Assembly (NCBI GenBank): GCA_973851085.1
Contig: OZ316776.1
Coordinates: 6,200,001-6,264,000 of the forward strand
Length of the DNA stretch: 64,000 bases
DNA from: Ptychomitrium polyphyllum
Taxonomy: Eukaryota
Direction: 5' to 3'
Numbering within the stretch: the stretch's first letter is position 1; each line of letters starts with the position of its first letter. Made by a program: the position numbers and the translations under genes. The notes beneath the pieces were generated by a model that saw nothing but the letters and a program-made list of their open reading frames with translations, ran no database searches and had not been told where the DNA came from. Positions 55,531 through 64,000 of this stretch are shown here, one piece after another.

Positions 55531-58376
55531 GGCTGCTATTGCTCTTCCACTCCACTCCACTCCGCTCCACTCCGCACCAACGCTCACGCAAGTCTCACCT
55601 CCCTCAACTCTTGGCCGCCATTCTCTACTCTCCGGCCATGAAAACTTGGCACACTCTACAACATGAAATCCCTCAACTTGCTCAGATTGCTCGAAACCGT
55701 TGACAGAAATGGAAGTTTAGCACACCGCACACCATCAAAATGCTCATATTGCAGAAAACGTTGGAGTCAAATCTTTTGACTGCAGTAGGGTACTATCATA
55801 CACGGATCGATCAAATAGTGCCGGAGTCTTGAGAAGGGCAATTGCGAGCATGCGGCGGATGGGGTTCAATTTTTTATTTTTTCTCATGGTTTGCAATTAT
55901 TGAGTGCAATTGCATGGTGGATTTGTGAGTGAGGAATGGATAACCAATTCCGTCACTGCTACTAACTAGTTTCTGTGTACATTTGAACACTGAAATCTAT
56001 GATAGTGTTGCTTTTGTGTGTGTGCTCTCTTGGGTTGTGGGAACTGAGGGCCACACAAGCACAAGAACTTCCTCCACATGGCATTCTGTTTTTTCTTTTT
56101 TATGTTTCTCCTGATTTTATGGATTTCTGAGAGTCAGTGTCCTAAGTCGTATTAGATTACACTTATTATGCTATGGAAATTCCAAAACAAGATCCAAATG
56201 CAAAAAGTAAAAGAAAAGCCAAGTCGTTCTTGCCACTCCATTGGGTTTCTCTCACATAGCAATCACTTGCTTATGTGGACCAATGGATGATGTTTATTTT
56301 AAGGGGTTTCCTTTTGTATACTTAATGTTTGAAACATTAAGTAATTTAGCAAATATCTTGTTTTTAGCCTTGGACATATTGTAGCATTCTTTGGTAAGGT
56401 CTTTTGGATTTGAGCCTTTAAACATCTTCTAAATTATAATGTTATTTTAAAGCTATTTAAATATATATATCGCTTAATCATCATTCTTTACTTAAATAAT
56501 GTTCTTTCATGAGTATGATTTCATCTCTATAAGATTTATTTTATATTACCAAAGTAGTTCAAATCATGCTTTAAATCATTCAGGAACCCAACTCGTTAAT
56601 TTTGATTTTGTATTGTATATTATATGGCGTTTATTATCCTAATAAATCGTTTTTATAGGTGATAATATTTTTAAACAACCTAAAAAGTATCTTGTTCTTC
56701 TAATTGAATGTTTGTTAACATTTAGTATTAGTGACATTCATTTGATGATTTACAATTAGTATAATGACATTTAAATTGGTGACCCTAGTTACAATTTTCA
56801 ATGTACTAAAAGAATGCTCTGCATGCCTTTCTTTCATGCACTACTGATATCCCACATGCACACATGGTTGAACTCTTATGACTTATGAAGAATGTCTACG
56901 AACACCTAAGACCTAAAAAAGGAGCTCATCAAATAACAGAGCATGTGGAAGAAATACTAAGGATGAAGTTTATGGATTTTCTGGATGGAATATAGATAAT
57001 GAATTTTTTGGAATGAAAATTATAATTTAGACAATGAGATGATCAAGTGTTGAGTTTTCTTATCTTGTTGTGCAAGAACTGAACTTTCAAACACAACTTC
57101 TTCTGAGTTTAAGGCTACCTTATCTCTTCTCATGTGAGTGCCTTATTGCAACAGGCATTCTGGATGCTGCATGTGTGAACTCTGTGTAGCCAGCAGTCTC
57201 TGACGGAAAGAATCTCACTTGTGAGACTTCATTGATACATTTGAGATTTGCTATTGCAACAGGCAAATGCCTGTAGTGTAGCAACAATCTCATAATTGCT
57301 AGCTACTAATGAAATTACTGAACTTCAAGGTTGCTGGTTACCATACAACTTGTGCATATTGCACAACTGTAGGTTGGGCAGCTGAGGCATGCGTAACACC
57401 GATTCTTTCTGCTCAGGTCCCACACTTCTCCACAGGTTGGACAGTAGACAGCAGTGTGTGTAATTTAAGCCAAGGAGATCATTGTTTGCTTGTGTCCTCA
57501 AATTGTAATTTAGACATTGGGGATCTTAATCACAGCACAGACATTTTCTCTTCTCACCTTGAAGATTGTTAAGATGCCACATCATTAAAATTTGTTAGAA
57601 ATAATGGAGGGTTTTACAGTCACCTTTATTGTATGGTATGAAAATTATAAAAGCAACAAGTGTGGCCCTTTGTTCCAATTTATATAACATAGTCAGTGTA
57701 ACTTAGGATGATTATTCATGATCATTGTAAGTTTTACATTGACTAGATGTTATAAGGAAGAAAATTCTCTTTAATGGAAGGTAGTGTATTCTACCTCCAA
57801 GCCTATTCCAAGCTGACATAGCCTACATATTTGTTCACTTCCACAAAATCCCATGACTATGTGTGGTCTAGTGCTGTTATATAAATTAAGTTTGTTGTAC
57901 CTAATGCTTGAGGAATAGGTGGAGGTACTTTTAACTTACCTTGCCTATGCTGGATTGTGTGGTAGTTCAGAGCAGGTCAAGACATCCCATGGAAAACCAG
58001 TAGAAAACTTGTGAGTCTGTAAGCACACACTTTGATATGTCATGCTTAGACACACATTGCAACCATGAGCATGCATTATTGTATTGGCAAATTCAGGCCT
58101 GTGTAAATTCCTAGGTAGGGTTATCCATTGTATATGAACACACCTCCTTTTTTTAAAAGTGACAAGAGTGTGCTGTCTTCAAAATTATTATGTATGATAT
58201 GATTTAAGTCACTGTCTGTAAATTCTCAAGTATCTACCATATCCAAAGTTTTAAGAAGATGATACTTTGCTTCAAAAAGAAGACTTTATGTTTCCCTTAT
58301 CATCCAAACACCTGAAGTTGAGCTATTAAATTAACAGGAAATTTGAAAAAACATGTGTTGTGTTCTAAGTTTGCAG

Positions 58377-59370
58377 TTACAGAGAAGTGATAGGTGTGCT
58401 AAGATACTTTACAAGAAAATAAAGAGACTGTCTGAACACTGGAGGACAAATTTTAAGAGTTCACCTCTGCAGGACCATCAACAGTTGCTGATTCTGGAGT
58501 CACATGTGTTAGAAGTTGAGGCACACTGTCAGATAACCAACAGTAGAAAAAATGTTTGGTATACAGACACTCATGCCACCATCCTCCCTTGTAAGAAGCA
58601 GGCTCCCACATTATCAGCAGCATAGGCATTCCTGGCAACATTGACTATACAAACAATACATTCATGACCCACTTCCTAAGGAATACTTAGCTGCTAGGGG
58701 CCATTCCAACTTATCAGCATTTTGCTCTTGAATAGGCCTTGGGCAATTGCAGATTTGCAACTTTATTAGGACATAGGAGGTACAACAGAGAAAATTAAAT
58801 AATATGCTGCACTGGAACTTCCCTAAAAGCCTGTTAAGCAAGGCAGGTATTAATGGAGATGACCCATCTATTAAGGTATGGTCGTCAGAACTGACAGTAT
58901 TGTCAGAGTGTATCATGATCAACTATTTCTAATGATGTAGGTGTATGAAGAGCTGAGGATGTGAATGTATGAGGAGCTGGCCAAGAGATGGTTGCAGCAG
59001 CAAAGTCTATGGGCAATTCTGGATTCATGATGAAGATCAACTATACAGGAGCTAACTCTGATGTTGCCTTGAGGGACATGGAATCTTATGGAGCACTATG
59101 CATTGGCACACACACCATAATTAAAAAGAGATCTGGCATGGTTCAGACAAAGTGAAACTCTAGTGAGGGGTTTCCTCATTCAACATAAAGCCTTTGCCAT
59201 AAAAGCCACACCTGAGACTAAGCTTGCATGCTGGATCATGAATCCTGGCACTCACCTTGCACTTGACTGGCAATGTATGAAGAGTGAGCTCTAAATTCTT
59301 TGACCTTCTCTTACAGCTCCACTCTGCAGGATGTATTGTAGGGGATTCTATTGACAATTGGTTTCACCAG
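58377..59370 (+). pseudogene. Decayed spliced coding relic of unknown family
   Basis: Acceptor TTGCAG at ~58376; AAG|GTATGG donor at 58876; 65-bp intron with CTAAT branch-like motif ending TGTAG at 58940; CAG|GTCAGT donor at 59371. The in-phase translation looks protein-like but has many stops; the region has almost no CpG. Confidence 0.4.
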
Positions 59371-60708
59371 GTCAGTGCAGTTTGGTTATGCAAGTTTTGT
59401 TTAGATACATTACCTTGTCCATGATTTTCTTGAAATTCAATACTTCTCCAAGTTGCTGTCTGGGTGTCTCTTTATAATCATCATTTGTCATTATTTTGCC
59501 ATGTAAAGAATGATCTCAACCTTGTGATGCCGCATGTGAATTTTAGTCTTCTAAAGAATAAAGTGAAACCTACATGTATTGTAAAATTTGTCAACTAGAA
59601 TATAGTCACATGAAAATATTAATTCAATTTGCTTTCTTCCAAATCCTTGATGTAACTAAATGGTGATCAAATGGTGAAGTTTGTTTTTATTTTTGTAATG
59701 TTAGGCTTCCATAATGCAAATGATGTTATTGAGTACTTTTGAATTCTAAAGAAATTTGAAGTTATAGAATTTAAAGTTTTGTTGCTACTATGCACTTAAA
59801 TATTCTTTCAAAATATAAATTATACATAATGCTACCTTTGTGTTTTCAAGTCACATATTGTTGATTTAAATAAGATTATTGTTACAACCAAATATAATTT
59901 TTTATTTGCTTGTAAATGGTATGAACAACTTTTTTAATATAAAAAAAAAAAAACTCTATTTGATTAGGAAGAGCTATGTATATATTACTCTATATTCAAA
60001 AGGTTTACAATTTCTAAGACCTCTTCATCAATAAAATTTCAAAACTTGTAATGGCATTTCCATTCCAATTTGGTAATAATGGCTATTGTCTAATGATACA
60101 ATTCTATTTATAAGAGCTAGAGTAATAAATAATTAATGGGCTATAAATTCAACCTTTAAGCATTTGTAGAATGGTTACCAATTATTTTTACAATATCCTT
60201 GTCTTATAACCTAGCATCTTATTAAATAACAGAATCTAAAATCTAAAGGGCCATCTTCCAATCTATGCATATTTTTAAATTAAGAAACAACAAAATTTTA
60301 TTGTTTTAGCACTTTCATCTCTTACAAAACAAACAATAATTTAAAAGACAATTGTAGTTTTGCAAACAATCTTTTAATTAACCACTTTCAATACAATGCA
60401 ATGAATACGTATATATCAAATCATATTCAAAATACAAATATAAAATAAACTAATATTTATAAAATCTACTTTCTTTTTTATAACCCACTTGCCTAAAAAA
60501 ACCTTCTTGCATTTATAAATGTATTATATTGCTTGTCTTCTAAGCATTTTCATACTTTATTCTTCCATTAATTGCACCAATTATTAAAATTATAAAATGT
60601 TTTAATTTCTAGAAATGAAGCAAGTGCATAGTAAAAATTAAAAATAATATTGTAAATAGAAAGATAAGTCAAATGTTTTGAAACGCGTTCTTGCATGCAT
60701 ATAATATT

Positions 60709-61354
60709 TGTCACGGACATAGATCATGCAACATAGTCCTTAGAACATTCTAGAACCTTATAGTATACTATAATAGTTTCTTAGAATACTTTTAGATGTC
60801 TCCATAGTCTTTTCATATTCTTAGGAAGCTTCCTAGGAAAGTTCTCCCACCTTAGGAAACTTCCTATGAATGTTCCATCATCTTAGGAAACTTCCTAGGA
60901 ATGTCCAATCATCATAGGAAACTTCCTAGGAAGGTTCTACTTCTTTAGAAAACTTCCTATGAAGGTTTCGCTACTTTAAGAAACTTCCAAGGAAGGTTCC
61001 AACTCCTTGGAAGACTCTTAGGAAAGTTCCAACATCTTAGGATACTTCTTTGGAAGATTCTTAGGAAAGTTGCAACATCTTAGGATACTTCTTTGGAAGG
61101 TTCCCCAGACTTCCAAAACATTCTTAAGCCTTGTAAGAAGCTTCTTTAGAAGTATCCTAGGAAATACAAGCGTCATAGTATAAATAGGAGGCAAGACAAG
61201 GTATTCCTTAGTCTTACCAACACAAGTTGTGGATCATCTTGAATCCTGCCTTGTTCTAGTCTTTGTATCAAAGTTCTTGTTAATCATTAGCTCTTTAGAA
61301 GCTAATTCTTGGAAAACACTTTGTTTCTGCTTCTTGTTTCTTGTGTCTCTAACA
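60709..61354 (+). mobile_element. Solo LTR of an LTR retrotransposon (646 bp)
   Basis: Starts TGTCA and ends TAACA (TG...CA); flanked by a perfect 5-bp TSD ATATT (60704-60708, 61355-61359); internal tandem repeats; TATAAATA at 61179-61186; no PBS, PPT or internal domain seen adjacent. Confidence 0.9.
60821..61110. repeat. Degenerate ~31-bp tandem array inside the solo LTR (consensus ~TTAGGAAACTTCCTAGGAAGGTTCCAACATC)
   Basis: About 7 near-full units followed by partial ones; units contain the self-complementary TTCCTAGGAA core. Confidence 0.85.
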
Positions 61355-64000
61355 ATATTCTATTTATTACAAAAAATAGACATGGTTTGATTTATATATG
61401 TACACCAGACAATATAAGTGCAAATTAAAATGTTTTGCTTATGAAGAGTGCTTTATATGCAAGAATTGATAATGATGTATGCTAAATTTGTTAAAAATTT
61501 GAGAATTTGTATTTAATTTAGTTTAACATTTCGTACAATATTAAATAAAATCTTATCACTTTACTTGTTTAATTGAATTGAAAGAATTATTTTTTTACAT
61601 GTATATATACTAAGGATAATGGTATTTTCTTTAAGAAATCTTTAAGAATTGTTTTGCTTAATAAAAGCAAAATATTTCTTTTAAAAGGTGTATTTTCATA
61701 AGATAAATTTTGAATGCTAAAAATTATATAGGAAGTCTTTTAAATATGAAAGAAATAGGCTTTATTTCATACTTTAAATCCTTTAAGGCATTATATATAA
61801 ATTTATTTGGTATGTATTTTTTGCAATACTACTAATACTAATAGGTGATTTAGTAATTAAATTTCATACAAGAATATCATGTGCAAAACCTTTCATAAAA
61901 TTTGAAAAAATATAATTAATCATTTTGTAATTATGTTTAATAATATTTATGAAGTTTTTTCTATTTTAAATTAGACTAAATTATTATAGTTAAAAATAAA
62001 ATAAAAAATGGTTGTTTAATGAATGAGTTAATTTTGTAAAATATTCTTCTCCAATATATACATTAAAAATTTTAAAACATATGAACTATAATTATTATAG
62101 TGATTTATTTGCTTTCTACACTATTTTCATAATGTGCTAAATTATTGTCAGCATTTAATGCATCATTGTAGGAAATTATCTTTTGTCTTACAAAAATCAT
62201 ATAAAAAATAATACTACTATCTTCAATAATAATGTATAAATTAAACTTGCAAAAAACTAATAATTATATTATTAAGTTGTTAAATGCTTGGTATTGATTC
62301 TTATTTGGAAATTACTTTTATGAATTTATTTTAAACCAATTTTAAAAATCAGTTTTAAAAAAAATTATATCAATTTAGATTTTTCATTATTTTCATAGGC
62401 TTCTATTAAAACTATGCTGATGTATCTTTTTAGATAGTTTAGAGAATTGTATGTATAATTTCAGTATATTATAATACTTGATATGCAATAACTATAAATA
62501 ATTTATTTGCAGATATAATTAGTTATGAAATATCATAATATAAATTTTTATAAGTAAAATATATCTTTATAAAAAGTAAGTATATTAAAGATTTAAAATA
62601 TAGCAAAAAATTGAAAGATTTGTAAGTGTTTAAGATAAATACAATGATAATATTGATGCAATATTCCTTCTTTCTTAAATGAATATGTTTTAGTATTATA
62701 TATTTACCTCAAAAATTTGTAATTTGATTGTTTCTTCATTTTTAAAATTTGTGAATTTTAAGATTATATTTAACTTAATTTTAATTTTAATTAACATAGA
62801 AGATAAGTTGTAAACTAATAACCTAAATTTTTTATTTACTATGCATACAAATAATATATTGATACTACATCAATACATTAAATAATATTGTTCTCAATAT
62901 ATATATACTACAAAATTAATTATAATTTAAATAATTACGTTATATGCCGTTGTATTATTAATATTCTTGGATTGAAGGAATAGTTATTCATTTTATTTTT
63001 ATATAGGTGTAAGAGGTGTATAGTAACTTCTTATTTAATTTCAGAATGAATAAATATTATAGCCATGTTTTTCTTGTTGTTTAACATGATAAAGTTTCTC
63101 AATAAATACAACCTTTTAAAAGCTGGATTCAAATGAACATTTGATAGATATGTCATAATATAGATTTATAACATGATTTTTAAAGTTTATTGTTTAAATT
63201 GTTTATAAAAATTATAAACATTAAATTAAAATCTAATTTCATAATGTTTTTCACAATTGTATACAATGTTATTTAATTTTTCAGTATTTGAATACACAAT
63301 TTTAAACAATTGAACTCTTATTAATAGATACGGTACTTGTTATGATATATTTCTTTGTTGTTGCTTATAAACAGTAAGAAAGACCTTTAAAATGATTAAT
63401 ACGTAGTGAAATGCTAATATTATAACTTTTATATGCAATATAATTTGTTATAGTTATGTATAACTATCATTGTACAATTATTTTTAACAGTAGTATATAG
63501 CTCCAAATTCAAATCATTTTTAAGAAAAAACATTTATCAAACCTTTTTGTTTTTTAGTGATACTTGAATTTAAATTTATTGTTATTCTTCATCTGCAATT
63601 CTTCTTCCCACAATTGCCTTGTTCTCCACAGCTGCCCCACTTGTTTTGATGGTAAAACTTAAGAGCCAGAGTGCATAACCGAACTCCAACAAGAACCTCC
63701 ATTATTTCAACTTCCGCTCACAACTCAAATTCTTACACAGTCATTTGCTAGCCACAGACCATCACAGGGCTAAGCAAACTTTTAGCTTGGGGTAGGGAGG
63801 GGCAACTTTGGTGCTGCCTGCCTGATTCACCCTCCTGGCCCCACAAATGGCTTTTGGTGTACTATACACAGAACCCTTCTACACACTTGAATAAAGATCA
63901 TAATCCATTCATTCTTAAAACTGAACACAGATATCTGATTCACGCTTTTTGTATGCTTTTTGGAGGGCGTTTCGCTGATGACAGCAACCGTTGAAGACAA

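Noticed and set aside
55546..55575. (TCCAC)n pentamer run extending the SLC35F ORF upstream (AEWSGVEWSG)
   Set aside because: Simple repeat in the 5' UTR; the extension starts at a non-ATG codon and the first ATG is at 55530.
60821..61110. Regularly spaced palindromic ~31-bp repeats resembling a CRISPR array
   Set aside because: Units are contiguous with no unique spacers, lie inside a TSD-flanked LTR in eukaryotic DNA, and no cas genes are present.

Overview
Eukaryotic, intron-rich land-plant DNA, most likely a moss (the hexokinase and KAI2-like proteins resemble Physcomitrium-type sequences as I recall them; species not determinable). Gene islands alternate with long AT-rich, CpG-poor blocks that look like decayed transposon DNA. 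Ten spliced protein genes can be reconstructed: a KAI2-like alpha/beta hydrolase (-), plastid-type hexokinase (+), an uncharacterised coiled-coil protein (-), TRAPPC2/TRS20 (+), a BAHD acyltransferase (-), a small Cys/His-rich protein (+), a glyoxal/galactose oxidase-like copper-radical oxidase (-), NRPB3 (-), organellar uL24 (+) and an SLC35F/EamA-type transporter (-). There is also a solo LTR with an intact 5-bp TSD and a perfect 24-bp minisatellite. Most notable unexplained signals: (1) an apparent 16-nt frameshifting deletion just after the KAI2-like start codon in an otherwise intact gene; (2) a tRNA-sized Pol III-like element (A box, B box, T4 terminator) nested in the loop of an ungapped 63-bp-arm inverted repeat between two convergent genes; (3) a ~2.1-kb CpG-void relic that keeps exon/intron structure; (4) a coiled-coil gene of a type I associate with flagellated eukaryotes. 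All calls come from reading the sequence only; no searches were run.
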